NCBI RefSeq assembly: GCF_009914755.1 | Contig: NC_060934.1 | Origin: the human T2T-CHM13v2.0 reference genome, Homo sapiens | DNA length: 64,000 nt | Strand: one strand, 5' to 3' | Shown: one piece after another, positions 42,745-56,094 of the stretch | Layout: each line of letters begins with the position of its first letter | How positions within the stretch are numbered: the stretch's first letter is position 1 | Program-made: the position numbers and the translations under genes | Notes under the pieces: generated by a model | Database searches by the model: none | The model's input: only the letters and a program-made list of their open reading frames with translations | What the model was told of the DNA's origin: nothing

Positions 42745-43250
42745 ACAAGTCTGAAGGATCCTACGAGGAGACAGAAACCACTTCAGTTATTGGAGCAGAG
42801 AGCATTCAATACAAGAAGCGTGAACTATCAGTATAATTGTTAACTGAAAGAGAAAAAGAGAGCCCTGAGGTGCTGTGCAGGTAGCAATCACAAGAAACAG
42901 CTGTCACCCTCAGGGCAGCAGGACAAAGGGAAGTGGTGGAAATTATTGATGCTTAGCCACATAGAGAAGGGACCCTACAGGTCTGAAGTGGAGGTGCTCC
43001 CTGGTGCGGTCAGTATCTCTGAGCTCAGAGCAGGGGCTCTGGGAGGAGGTCCCTGTGACTGCAGCTGGGGTCATGGGAACGGGTGTGTAATAAAGGTGGT
43101 TTTGGAAGGATAAGCTCCATACTGGAGCCAGCTCCTGCCCAGAGGAAGCAGTGTGACCAGTGTGATGGCCACAGAAGCAGAGGCCAAGAAGCCCCAGGAA
43201 GCAAACATGAAGGACCCAGAGCCCTTCTTCCTCCTCCAGCTTGTGGGCCC
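42745..43250 (-). mobile_element. Old LTR (LTR78-like)
   Basis: ggagacagaaaccac..ttcaatacaagaa pattern. Confidence 0.5.
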
Positions 43251-43420
43251 ATCTGGTGCCCTGTACTGCAGGCAGCTTGCAGGTCCCAGCTTTGGCATCC
43301 TAGATCCCAAGGTGGAAGGGAGGTCGTGGAGCTGACAGCAAGCTAACAGAATCCCCAAACACACGGATGTGTTTTCCTTTGATTGAATCATAAGGGCCAG
43401 TCTCTTTCACACTTCGAAAC

Positions 43421-43936
<516 letters not shown>

Positions 43937-44413
43937 AATTTTCCATCATTCATGGTAAACATTTGATTTTATAAGATGTTTGTCATGCAAAGACATTCCC
44001 AATATTCCTTAATACAAATTGCTGAAATTGTGAAATGTGGTAGTCATTTTCATGCAAATTAGAAAAGAAAACCAGAGACTATTGTTATGTGGGGAAATTT
44101 CAGATAAGTGGGGTTCAGGAAGGAGTAGAGGAGAAGAAACTGGGGGCAGGAGGACGCTGGCAGGGTCGTCATGTCCCAGGGCTGGGCGGCCTGGGGTGTA
44201 GAGCAAATTGAGGGAATGCTGGAGGCTCTGATTGATGAGCAGGGGTAATGCTGTTCAGGCAGCTGCTTGGAGCAGAAAACATGGGGTCCACTGTGCTCAC
44301 CTGCAGGGAATGAGTAATAGAGAAATGGCAAAGGCAAATCATCCTTTACTGAAAACAACAACAAAACAAAGCAGAAAGAGAGTTCAAGGTGGTAACTGGA
44401 GGATACAGCAGAG

Positions 44414-44482
44414 CCAACAACTTCTTCCACCTCCAAAATAAAACGTCAGACCCAACCACATCTTCCACCTCCAAAATAAAAC
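44414..44482. repeat. 38-bp-period duplication containing tcttccacctccaaaataaaac twice
   Basis: Direct reading. Confidence 0.85.
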
Positions 44483-44753
44483 AGGATCCAGACTACAGGA
44501 AAAAAGGAGGAAGACGAAGTGAAACAGAAGAGGTTGAAGTCGTGGGAAAGGGGGCAAAATGGAAACAACCAAACAAACACTGTTTCTGTGTAGAAAAGCA
44601 GGGAGTGATGTGTAGGGAACAGGTGGAGGAATTACGTTTAAAGAAATGTGAAAAAAAAAAAAAGGAAACTTACAGTAGTAAGTGGATGTATAAAGGAAAT
44701 CACAAGGAAACCAAAATCCTTTAATACTATCATCATTTAAAATCCGTCACATG

Positions 44754-45053
44754 GGCCAGTCACAGTGGCTCATGCCTGTAATCCCACACTTTGGAGGGTC
44801 GAGGCGGGTGGATCACTTGAGGTCAGGAGTTTGAGACCAGCCTGGCCAACATGGTGAAACCCCGACTCTACTAAAAAATACAAAAATTAGCCAGGCATGG
44901 TGCTGCGCACCTGTAATCCCAGCTACTTGGGAGGCTGAGGTGGGAGAATCACCTGGGAGGTGGTGGCTGCAGTGAGCCGCGATCACATCACTGTACTCCA
45001 GCTTGGGCAACAGAGCGAGCCTCTGTCTCAAAAAAATAAAAAATAAAATAAAT
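44754..45053 (+). mobile_element. Alu
   Basis: Alu consensus. Confidence 0.95.
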
Positions 45054-45825
45054 CTATCACATGGATACGAGGTTTCCATGTCAAGTCTCTGGAGACTCCT
45101 AGACTTAGAAAAATGATATTGATCATTTCATCGAGAGAACCGAATGTAATTTGTGCAGCATTTTAAAAGAAAGATTTCTTACCATCTAGTTGCTTTCAAA
45201 GTTAGTGTGGCCTAATTTTATTATCTTTATCAAACTAACATTTGTTTACAATCTTTCTTAATTATTTGCCATTTAGCTTTTTAGGGCTTTGTTCCCCCCC
45301 ATGCAGACACAGAGTGGCATTTGAGTGACGTTGACTTTTGTAGTTCTATTAAAGGAGGCTCCCAGGACTGCAGGCAGGTTCCAACTGCCTCACCAGCACT
45401 GCTGCTCCATTCCCTGGAAGGTCCTTGAGCTGGACCTGCCAGGCTGACGATCTATAGTCAGAAATAAGTCACTTTTATGGGATTCGAATGCAGCTTGAAG
45501 TAATCCTGACTCCAAAATTCTTCCTTCTTTGCTTGTCTGTGACCAGCATTATATGGATGAGAAACGGGACTCACTGGCAAGGAGACTGCGTAGTTGCTGG
45601 AGTTATACCTCCCTACTTCTCCTCACTTAACACACATCCACCTAGCAAAGCACTCTCCCTCAGATGCAAAGCCAAAGCGGCAGCAAGCCCCATTCCCTAG
45701 ACACTCAAGAGCTGTTCTCTGTGCTGCAGCTGAAGCTGGCTTCAGACCCCTTGGGCGGGCTCCCAGGCAACCTACAGTGCAATGACAGCGTCCATCGCCC
45801 CCTCTCCTGCAGAAGGCCACGTTAC

Positions 45826-46000
45826 CATCTTGACCATTTTTCGCATCATCAGTGCTAACCTCCTAACCAAACTTTCTAGCCCGTAGGCCAAAGCTGCACC
45901 CCTTAGTTAAAACACAGTTAAACTCCAACTAACCTAAAAAGAGTATTCTATTTGTTTAACATCAGGGAGCACTAATATAGCAAATATATCAGGTAGCCAT
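45826..46000 (-). repeat. Right arm of inverted repeat
   Basis: See left arm. Confidence 0.9.
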
Positions 46001-46077
46001 ACACCCAAGGTCTGGGGGCTCCTGGGAGCTTCACCCCCGCTGCAACAAGAACAGAGCCCGATCTTTTCCATCACTTG

Positions 46078-46078
<1 letters not shown>

Positions 46079-46131
<53 letters not shown>
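46079..46131. repeat. (TTA)n microsatellite
   Basis: Direct reading. Confidence 0.95.
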
Positions 46132-46139
46132 TTGTAAAG

Positions 46140-47060
46140 GGGGCTGTGGGCGCTCCACTCCAGCTGCGCGGGAAGAAGGAAGCAATGCTGACTTGACCTT
46201 CTGCAGCCGCGGAGGGGGAGATGGATGCTGTCCTGGTGCTGTAGGCTGCCTGGGAGCCCCGCCCCGCGGATCTGAAGAGCCCTCCTCCCCTCGGGAGCTG
46301 TTTAGGCAGCTTCGGGTAGAGATGGAGGCCTAATCGTTTTCATCATCTTCTGCATATCCACTCTTTATTTTCTGAAATGCTTACGAATTTTTTTCTTTCA
46401 TATTTATCACCTTAGAATTTGGTAGCAGTATTTTGGAAAAATGTTAACGCCTGTCATTGTTCGGAAATTTCAAAGAACTTCTGACATTGCCTTTTTCTAC
46501 TGATGACAGCAGTGCGGCCCCAAGCTGCCTGCCTTTGGGAGACAGAGGAGCCACACTTGTACATGCTTTGAAAGTGAGAAACTTACAGAAACCTAGAAAA
46601 AGGATTTTGGACCTCAGGATCTGAATGGTTCTTGGAGTTCTTTGCAGATGAGGTAATGTTTTGGTTAACTCATAGGTCAGATCTGCTGTCCTTAGCTAAC
46701 TTGCCCGGGAGGTTTTTAACGGAAGGCCTGTGTTAGCACAAATCATATTTCCTGATGACGAGCAGAGACCTTGATCTGGTCTTAAAGAACGCGTTTTCCA
46801 ACTTACCCTGGGACTTTTTTGAATTAGCCGGCCACATATACCAGGGTTCTCAGAGGATTTTTTTCCCCCTTTCTCTCTGTCTCTTTCTGGGTTTTTCCTA
46901 TTACTAATTATACAGGCAAGAAGGTAATGATTTCTGGTGTTCTTTCCTTTAAACCTCTACTTTGAGATCAGCAGCCCGGGACACAGATAAATAGGTCAGT
47001 TATTACTGACGTCACAGGGAACTCCTGGCTCAGATTAACCGCGCAGAGATGGACGCCTGT
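46140..47060. promoter_or_regulatory. Candidate promoter/enhancer: CpG-retaining patch, GC box, CRE
   Basis: About 10 CpG in 46140-46320, gccccgccccgc at ~46256, TGACGTCA at 47007-47014, no recognisable repeat. Confidence 0.35.
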
Positions 47061-47437
47061 GAGTGTGTGCAAGGGGTGATGAAACATAAAGTACAGTCAG
47101 TTCATTTAACAACAAATTCCAGCAACAGATGATAGATAAAAATAGATCCTGAAGGATCTATGTAGATCTAAATAGATGATCCATGAGCCACATAATTAGG
47201 GAATAAAAGGACCCCAGTCTTTACCAGCGAATGTAAAATTGGGTAGGCAGACTCAGACCCTTACTTATCAGTGGATTCCAGCCCTAATTCCAGGAGGCCT
47301 CACCTCACCTTGGGGGCTTCTCTTTTCCTTAACCTAACTGGTTAAGCCAGGAAAGCTGTGAAATACCTTAGTTACTTGGTGAAGAGCCATTATTACCAGA
47401 TTATTATCACATTCTCAAAAAGCTTTGCTGTGAGCTG

Positions 47438-47752
<315 letters not shown>

Positions 47753-48534
47753 TTAAAAATTTTATTTTCCATAGTCTCCGGTTCCCAGACATTTCCTGAG
47801 ACTCCTGTTCATTCAAGAGAGGTGGAGAAAGCCATAAATGAGAACAAACCCGTCCTTCTCACTAAGGGGAATTTCCTGGCAAAACGGAGCCTGGCACGTC
47901 AGTGTCTGGGGTTAGTTACTATCACCGCTGCTCTGGGACTGAGTCACAGCTTCCTCCAAGGCTTAGGGTGCCCCAGACACAAACTAGTTTTCTAAAACTT
48001 CTCAAGGCATTCTGTTCCTCCTTCGTTCCAGCCCCTCATGTTATTAACTCACCTAATTCATCACATGGGCATTGTGTACAAAGGCACTCTGCTACTCACT
48101 GAGGATACACGTTGTTCTTAACCTCAGGGGACATTCCTCAAGGAATTAACCAAATCAGGAGATCCTTACCTGCAGGGGTCAGACAGGGAGCTGAGGACAG
48201 CCCCCGGAGGACAAGGTCCTGAAGGCCTGGTTTGTAGCTTCTGTGCTGTGCTTATCATTGGGCCTGGCACATTGATCTCTCCATAAACTCGTGTAACTTA
48301 AATGAATGATTGAGTCAGAGCACAGGGCAGAGAGCTGTTTTGGAGGCCACTTATCTTCATGTCATAGTTACCCAGACATAAGACCAGAGGCGTTCCCTTT
48401 GGTCTCATATATACATATATGTATTGTATTTTTCCCTAAAATTATTCCTTTGTATTATTTTTGCAATTATAAATGTATATTTGCAATCTGAAATGCTGAG
48501 TTTCTTTTTTACATCAGGAGCAAATATCCAAATT

Positions 48535-49189
48535 TTCTTTTGTTTGTTTGTTTCTTTCTTTTTTTTTTTTTTTTCCTGAGACAGGGTCTCACTCTGTCAT
48601 CCAGGCTGAGGTGCAGTGGTGCGATCATGGCTCACTGTAGCCTTGAACTCTCCAGGCTCAGGCGAGCCTCCTACCTCAGCCTACCAAGTAGCTGGGACCA
48701 CAGACACACACCACCATGTGCGACTAACTTTATTTATTTTATTTATTTATTTTTGAGATGGAGTCTTGCTCTGTTGCCCAGGCTGGAGTGCAGTGGTGAG
48801 ATCTCGGTTCACTACAACCTCTACCCTCCTGGGTTCAAGCGATTCTCCTGCCTCAGCCTCCTGAGTAGCTGGGACTATAGGTGAACCCCACCATGCCTGG
48901 CTAATTTTTTGTATTTGTAGTAGAGACAGGGATTCACTATGTTGGCCAGGCTGGTCTCGAACTTCTGACTGCGTGATCCACCCACCACAGCCTCCCAAAG
49001 TTGCTGGGATTACAAGTGTGAGCCACCACACCCGGCCAACTAGCTTTATTTTATTTTATGTTTTTTTGTAGAGATAGTGTTTCGCTGTGTTGCCCAGGCT
49101 GGAACTCCTGGGCTCAAGTGATTCTCCCACTTTGGCCTCCCAAAGCCGCCCAAAGTCCTGGGATTATAGGTGTGAGCCACTGTGCCCAG
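48535..49189 (-). mobile_element. AluJ-like with nested AluS-like (48729-49037)
   Basis: Right arm, full Alu, left arm; TSD acta[a/g]ctttattt. Confidence 0.9.
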
Positions 49190-49434
49190 AAAAAAATTTC
49201 CTTTTTACTTCTCTACCCAGAGCTGACCTTACTTAAGCTGTGGAAGATAAAAAAAAAATCACTACAGTATTAGTGGCCTCAATTGAAGCAGTTATTTCGA
49301 ACTAACTGAAATCGGAAAAACAATTTCTTTTTACTTCTGTACCCAGAGATGACCTTACTGAAGCTGTGGAAGGTTAAAAACATCACTACAGTATTAGTGG
49401 TCTCAACTGAAGTAGTTATTTTGAACCAATTGAT
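49190..49434. repeat. Two-copy ~125-bp tandem duplication
   Basis: Copies 49190-49314 and 49315-49434. Confidence 0.95.
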
Positions 49435-50289
49435 ATGTATATATTTTATTTGTAATTTAGAAAAATACTAATAATTCTGTCTCTTAATATATGTTGGGAG
49501 TAGCAGCTCTTAATGAATTGTTAGTAACACCCTTCACTCCCATCCCCTACACCCCTGTCTTACGTACAAGTTAAATTAAAGGGGTTGATAAATTCACTTT
49601 TCTGTCGTTTTATTCAGCTCTAAATGCTCTGGTTATTTCAGAGCTCCTGGCTTAAGGAATTAAGATTCTCATCAAATACATAAACAAATGAGTATTTCTT
49701 TCCAAGATCAAAGACAACCTTTGTTTTGACGATCGCTTTTTATAAAAAAAGTGGTGTTGATTTTTGTACACATTGTCTCTTTTTATTGTCTAACATCATA
49801 AAAATATTGCTGCAAAAACAGCAGAAATGAGTTGAACCCTGCTGGCTTCACATTTCTCCAGGAAGTTTTTTTCTGAATGTGCCGTGCACTGTCCCATGCT
49901 CAGCTGATACGATTAGAAAGAATTGCCCCCACCCACTCTCCCTGCACCCATCCATCCCTCAATCCTTTTTTTGTCACAGACTCTGGCCAGAGAGGAATGT
50001 TTTGCTTTCATCTTGATGCATACTGTCCTCAGGAATGTTTAGCAAGAGGAGGGGGAAAAAAGTTTCATTCAAGGCCAGGTGATCTCAGAGGCCATTTCCC
50101 ACAAATGACCAGACCTTGACTTTAGCTTTCTCTTTCCTTATGCCGGCCTTCTTTGATAGCCTCCGAATGTCCTCATGAGCTAATGAACCATTTCAGTGAA
50201 TTTTGACATCAATAAGACGATTACTCAACTTCTAAACCCTCCTCTCTCAGCCTGTTGTCCTCTTGCCTCAGGAGGAGGCTACTGACAAA

Positions 50290-50675
50290 TGGATCTGATT
50301 GCACCTGTGTTTTCTGGACACAGTATCAATCCACATGGTGCTTTTTTTGGGGGGGAGGGGGGCGGGTTCATAATATAAGGCAAGGTTCAAAACTGGAGGA
50401 CTTTACATACACATCTAGATTTCTATCTTTTCTTGAAAACCCTGGAAATCTGGGAAGACTAGATCCAAATTTCCTTGATTGGAACAACTGGCCAGAGTTG
50501 AGTTCTCACTACACTTTGCCACAGTCTCCAGCACTCCCTACAGCCCTGCACTGAGGCTGATTACCACTTGCCAGTCACTGGGATGCTTCTACACCTGTGT
50601 TTATCGCTCCCAAGCTTCACTTCTCAGTACATAATCTTCTTGGCCCATGTTAGCATTTGAGTTTGCAACCTCGAC
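50290..50675 (+). mobile_element. MER102-like hAT-Charlie element
   Basis: tctagatttct..ttcttgaaaa..ggaaatctgg; end catttgagtttgcaacc. Confidence 0.65.
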
Positions 50676-50709
50676 TCAACATCATATTTTCTTCATAAAA
50701 TGGTAGCTT

Positions 50710-51338
50710 TGTCAGAGGTGTTTGAACTAGGGCGACTCCATCTTAAATAGAGAGTGGATAAAATAAGGCTGAGACCTACTGGGCTGCATTCCAGGAGGTT
50801 AGGCATTCTAAGTCACAGGATGAGATAGGAGGTCGGCACAAGATACAGGTCACGATAAGCCTGATAAAACAGGTTACAGTAAAGAAGCCGGCCAAAACCC
50901 ACCGAAGCCATAATGGCGGTGAGAGTGACCTCTGGTCATCTTCACAGCTCATTATATGCTAATTATAATTCATTAGCATGCTAAGAGACACTCCCACCAG
51001 CACCATGGCAGTTTACAAATGCCATGGCAGTATCCGGAAGTTACTGGATATGGGTCTAAAAAGGGGAGGAGCCCTCAGTTCCAGGAATTGCCCACCCCTT
51101 CCCTGGAAAACGCAGGAATAATCCAGCTCTTGTTTAGCATGTGATGAAAAGATAGCGAGTATCCTTAGATGAGCCACCCACGCCGCTGCTCCGCCTATGG
51201 AGTAGCCATTCTTCTATTCCTTGATTTTCTTAATAAACTTGCTCTCACTTTACTCTGTAGACTTGTCCTGAATTCTTTCTTGTGCAAGATCCAAGAACCC
51301 TCTCTTGGGGTCTGAATCGGGACCCCTTTCATGTAACA
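50710..51338 (+). mobile_element. MER41B ERV1 solo LTR, full length (629 bp)
   Basis: tgtcagaggtgtttgaac..gtaaca, AATAAA near 51232, 4-bp TSD gctt. Confidence 0.92.
51079..51108. promoter_or_regulatory. STAT motifs in MER41B: TTCCAGGAA (GAS, N3) and TTCCCTGGAA (N4)
   Basis: Direct reading at 51079-51087 and 51099-51108. Confidence 0.6.
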
Positions 51339-51519
51339 GCTTTGAGGGTTTTTGTAGAGATAATCCAATTAAATTGCATTACATTTTCTTAACCTGTGTC
51401 ACAGTAAGATAAGATTCTTTGCCCTGTCTTTTACCAGTAGCCACCTGGTATCATTGGCGTCACCTTTAACACCTAACAGGGGACCTTACCCATAAACATC
51501 ATTCCATCTACATTTTATA

Positions 51520-51750
51520 AAGCATTCTTCAAATGCATGAACTTATTTAGATCTCAGAACTTATTTAGACAATTCAGAAAGGGAAGTTTCATCATCTCTA
51601 GTTTATAGATGGGAAACTCAAGTTTAACGACAGTAAGTTGCCTGAAGTTAATCAGTGATTTGAAAGGATGAGATTTGAACCCAGAAGACCTGGGACTGAC
51701 AGCCCACAACTTGATCCCAGGTCTTCTGGCTTCAAACCTCACCCTCTTTC
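51520..51750 (-). mobile_element. MIR
   Basis: ttatagatgggaaact..gatttgaacccag. Confidence 0.75.
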
Positions 51751-51827
51751 TACATTAAGATGTTGACTCCTTGATAAATTCTGGTCCAAACAGTTCTATA
51801 TGTATTATTGTCAAGAAAAATAGGCAC

Positions 51828-52163
51828 TGGCTGGGTTTTGTGGCTCATGCCTGTAATCCAGCACATGGGAAGCCAAGGTAGGCAGGTCACGTGAGGCCGG
51901 GAGTTCAAGAGCAGCCTGGCCAACATGGTGAAACCCTGTCTCTATTAAAAATACAAAATGTAGCCAGATGTGGTGGTGTGTGTCTGTAATCCCAGCTACT
52001 TGGGAGGCTGAGGCATGAGAATCGCTTGAACCCGTGAAGCAGAGTTAGGTTGCAGTGAGCCGAGATTGCAGCACTGTTCTTCAGCCTGGGCAACAGAGCG
52101 AGACCTTGTCAAAAAAAAGAAACAAAGAAAGAAAGAGAGAAAGAAATAAAAAAAAAAGAAGAA
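51828..52163 (+). mobile_element. Alu
   Basis: Alu consensus, TSD aatagg[c/t]ac. Confidence 0.95.
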
Positions 52164-52290
52164 TAGGTACCTAACCACCCTTCTGGAAGTGTCCAGCTAG
52201 ATGTTTTTAAAGATAAAGATTATAAGTATTTAATAACAAGGCAAAAAGAAAAATTACTATAGAGAGTGTCTTCTGGGTTTAGGGAATCTT

Positions 52291-52416
52291 TGCAATAATT
52301 TATCAGAGAACGGACAGCATTCATACCACTGTTACCATATATGCTTCTGACTTCATGCATATTTTCATGGTAACAGAGTGGTATGAATGCTGTCACTTCC
52401 TTGATAAATCATCACA
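52291..52416. repeat. Near-perfect hairpin/palindrome
   Basis: gacagcattcataccac-tgttaccat paired with atggtaaca-ga-gtggtatgaatgctgtc, plus outer atttatca/tgataaat. Confidence 0.9.
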
Positions 52417-54407
52417 TGGCAAGTCATGATTTGATGGTGGGAGATAAGGAGTGTGCTTACTTTTTGATGTTCATGTTGGTATTACAATAGAAATTTTCCT
52501 TTCCATATATTTTTCTGGATAGCTCTATATTTGGTTGCTAACTGGTGGTGAAAACAAACTGATTATAGTGTTACTACCTTTCTTTAGCCAGTTTAAAATA
52601 ATGATAACAAGCTAGACTTGGGAGGGCTTACTCTGCATGTGTATTCAGCTGAGACCTGTTTTGGTTGCCCACATCTTTATATCTGTGTGAAGGTGTGAGG
52701 TTTCCAAGCAAAAGGTGGCTGCAGTTAATTTGCTCTCAATTGCCTGTCACCTTCTGTGCCTCAGTGGCCTGTCAGGGCCCTAAGGAGAAGGAGAGCTGCT
52801 TTCCCAGAGTGGAGGGCTCTGATTTCCAGCCCTCCAGCAGCCTGCCCTCCACCACTCCCTGCGTGGGAGCAGATCTGATGTGCCAGGTTCCCTCCGGGGC
52901 ATCCACCCCTGCCGTCTCGGGGATGGCTTCAGTTGTTTCTGTGTCAACGGTTTCCTCTGAGGGCCTCTGCTGTGTGGCGTTACTTCTCAATTACATGTGC
53001 CCGAGACATTTTCCCTTCTTTTTGACATTTCAGAAATGCCATTTGATATGTTAACTGACGCTGTTATTTTGGCTGGAGCAATTTATAAAAGGTGTGTTTC
53101 TTTCAACTTCTGCTTTCTCCCAGGACAATCACTTACACACTGGAAAGCTTTCTCTGGTCGTGTGAGACTGCTGTGTGTGACACTGTAAAACAGCAATGGT
53201 GACACTCTCAAGGTGGTTCTGTAGAGTAGAATATATACATATATTGATGAGTTTCAAATATTTAAAAAAAAACATATTTTGTAAAATCATTTACCATAAA
53301 GGAGAAAAAAGCAATTCGTGTGATGTCCCCAAGCCACCAAATTCGTGATCTAATTCATTTCTGGACAATGGTTCTGAATAGAATCATGAGGAAGGAATAG
53401 CTTAATCAATGCTTTTATATGTCCTCCCGGAAACTGAATTTATACCAACCCATTCTCTTGCAGAAGAGATCAAGTCATCCATTTGAACTTTCTTTTCAAT
53501 TTCTAGCTTAATATTAAAAAAAATACTTTTTGCAGGAATCCTTTCTTGGCTTGAAGACCCTTGGGTTTATTCGATGTGGTCATGGATCTCTGTCCACAGG
53601 GAAAAGTGTTCTTATGACCCACATTCCAGCCCTTATCCCCCTGTTTTCTACGGGAACATCACAGCCCCTAAAAAAACAAATTGTGTGAGGAACCGCAGTA
53701 AGAAGATTTGAAAATGAAGGGAAGAGTTAGTTGAAAGCCACGTCCACAAGTATTTACATCGAGGTTAAATGTTAAGAAATTCCCTGACTGGGACTTTTTA
53801 TAATTGCAGTGAATTAGACAAAAATAGATTTCAGTTTAAAAAATGGACGGCTGACTTTGTTCATCAGTGGAACTACATTTAACATGATGGACTAGAAGTG
53901 AAAATCCTAAAGGGGGAAATATAAATTGGCTAATTTGTGGTTGCAACCTGACATTCTAAAGACAGAGGAAAATGAAGTCAACTTGCCTGTAGACAGCTGG
54001 GTGATGTGGTTTTCAGCTGTTGTTTAACCTTCTCAGTGTTTATCACTGTATATGGACTGTTTACCCTTTTCTCTCTTTCTGCTTTTTCTCTTAGGCATTT
54101 ATCTGATTTCTTACTTTCCTAAGAGCCCCTCCCTGCCTTTTCTCTCACTTAGCCCTTCTCCTCAAAGCCCTCAGTATTGATGTGGGATTGAGGAGACGGG
54201 ATCAGCGATGGGATCGGAGAGGGCTGGAATCTGTTTCTGGTGGAGGGAAGGTTGCATCAGCCACTTCCCTCGGCTCCCGTAGAGGCCATTCCTAGCGAAG
54301 CACGTATGTCTCACTGTGAATCCAAAACAGAGGTGCTTAGAGGAGATTTACTCCTTCAGTAATATATCCACTAAAAGGTTCAGCCATATGCCGGGTCGAG
54401 CAAGTTA

Positions 54408-54849
<442 letters not shown>

Positions 54850-55606
54850 GTTGGAGTGTGTGGTCTAGGGAGGAACGTGCTATTCCATGTCCTGTTTGCA
54901 TCGCTCCTTGCTTATCTCAGCTCTACTATGACTTTTCTGTTATTATTATTGTTACTGTTATTTTTGGGAGGTAGTGAGATGGCTCTCCAGCCAGCCTGTC
55001 TTGCTCCTATCCTGGCTGTATCCTTTCCTAGCATGTGATGTTGGATGAATCACCTGGTAAATCTGTTATTTCATAAATGCTGATTATTAACACTGGTTCC
55101 TCCTCTAAGTTCTCTGCTATTATTCTCCCTTTCCTGCCCCTGCTTATCATTCTTGTGCTACATTAGTCTTATTTGTCTTCTCACCAGTGGCTAAGACATC
55201 TTATCCTTTGACTAATTGTCCTCAGGCTGGCCCGCCCCCCCACCCACCCCGCCCAGCTGACTGCATGGCCAGAGCTTTATTTATTTCCTTAAGGGCACTG
55301 ACGTCCACGAGCTGCTGTCCTCTTCTGAGTTTCCTGTCACCTTGGCTGGAGCGTGACTGCTCAGGGAATAGAGCATCTCCCATGTTTGTCTCCATTGCCA
55401 GTATCTAGGGCCTAATGTAGAGTATTACAAAGAAGGAAAGAAATGGATGAATCAGTGAATGAGTAAATTATACATTTGCTTTAAGCCACAAATAATGCAC
55501 ATTTGGAAAGTGTTTGAGGCAAAATGTTTCTGAAGCTGCTTATGTGCCTCATAAATTATCTTTTTCCGATGACTAATGTGGCAGTTTACTTGACTGGCCA
55601 TAGATA

Positions 55607-55934
55607 TTATTTTATTTTATTTTACTATTTTTTCTTATTTTTCTTTATTGAGACGGAGTCTCGCTCTGTCGCCCAGGTTGCAGTGCAGTGGCATGAACTC
55701 AGCTCACTGCAACCTCCTCCATCTCCTGGTTTCGAGCGATTCTCCTGCCTCAGCCTCCTGACTAGCTGGGACTACAGGCACCCACCACCGTGCCCAGCTA
55801 ATTTTTTGTATTTTTAGTAGAGATGGAGTTTTGCCATGTTGGCCTGGCTGGTGTCGAACTACTGACCTCAGGTGATCCACCTGCCTCAGCCTCTCAAAGT
55901 GCTGCGATTCCAGGAGTGAGCCACCATGCCTGGC
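55607..55934 (-). mobile_element. Alu
   Basis: TSD tgac[t/g]ggccatagat. Confidence 0.95.
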
Positions 55935-56094
55935 TGACGGGCCATAGATTTTTAAAAAGAAGTTGCGGAGGTCTAGAGTCCCAATGGGAAGATTGGTGGT
56001 GTTTTTCTAACCTTCTTCATCTCGAGATAGCAGAATCTGATAATTGCAGTTTATATATTCCCGTGTTTTGTGGAAGGCAACCTATGCATTCAAT

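Noticed and set aside
44414-44482. 22-bp direct repeat with short spacer (CRISPR-like look)
   Set aside because: Only two copies in a primate genome; a simple 38-bp tandem duplication
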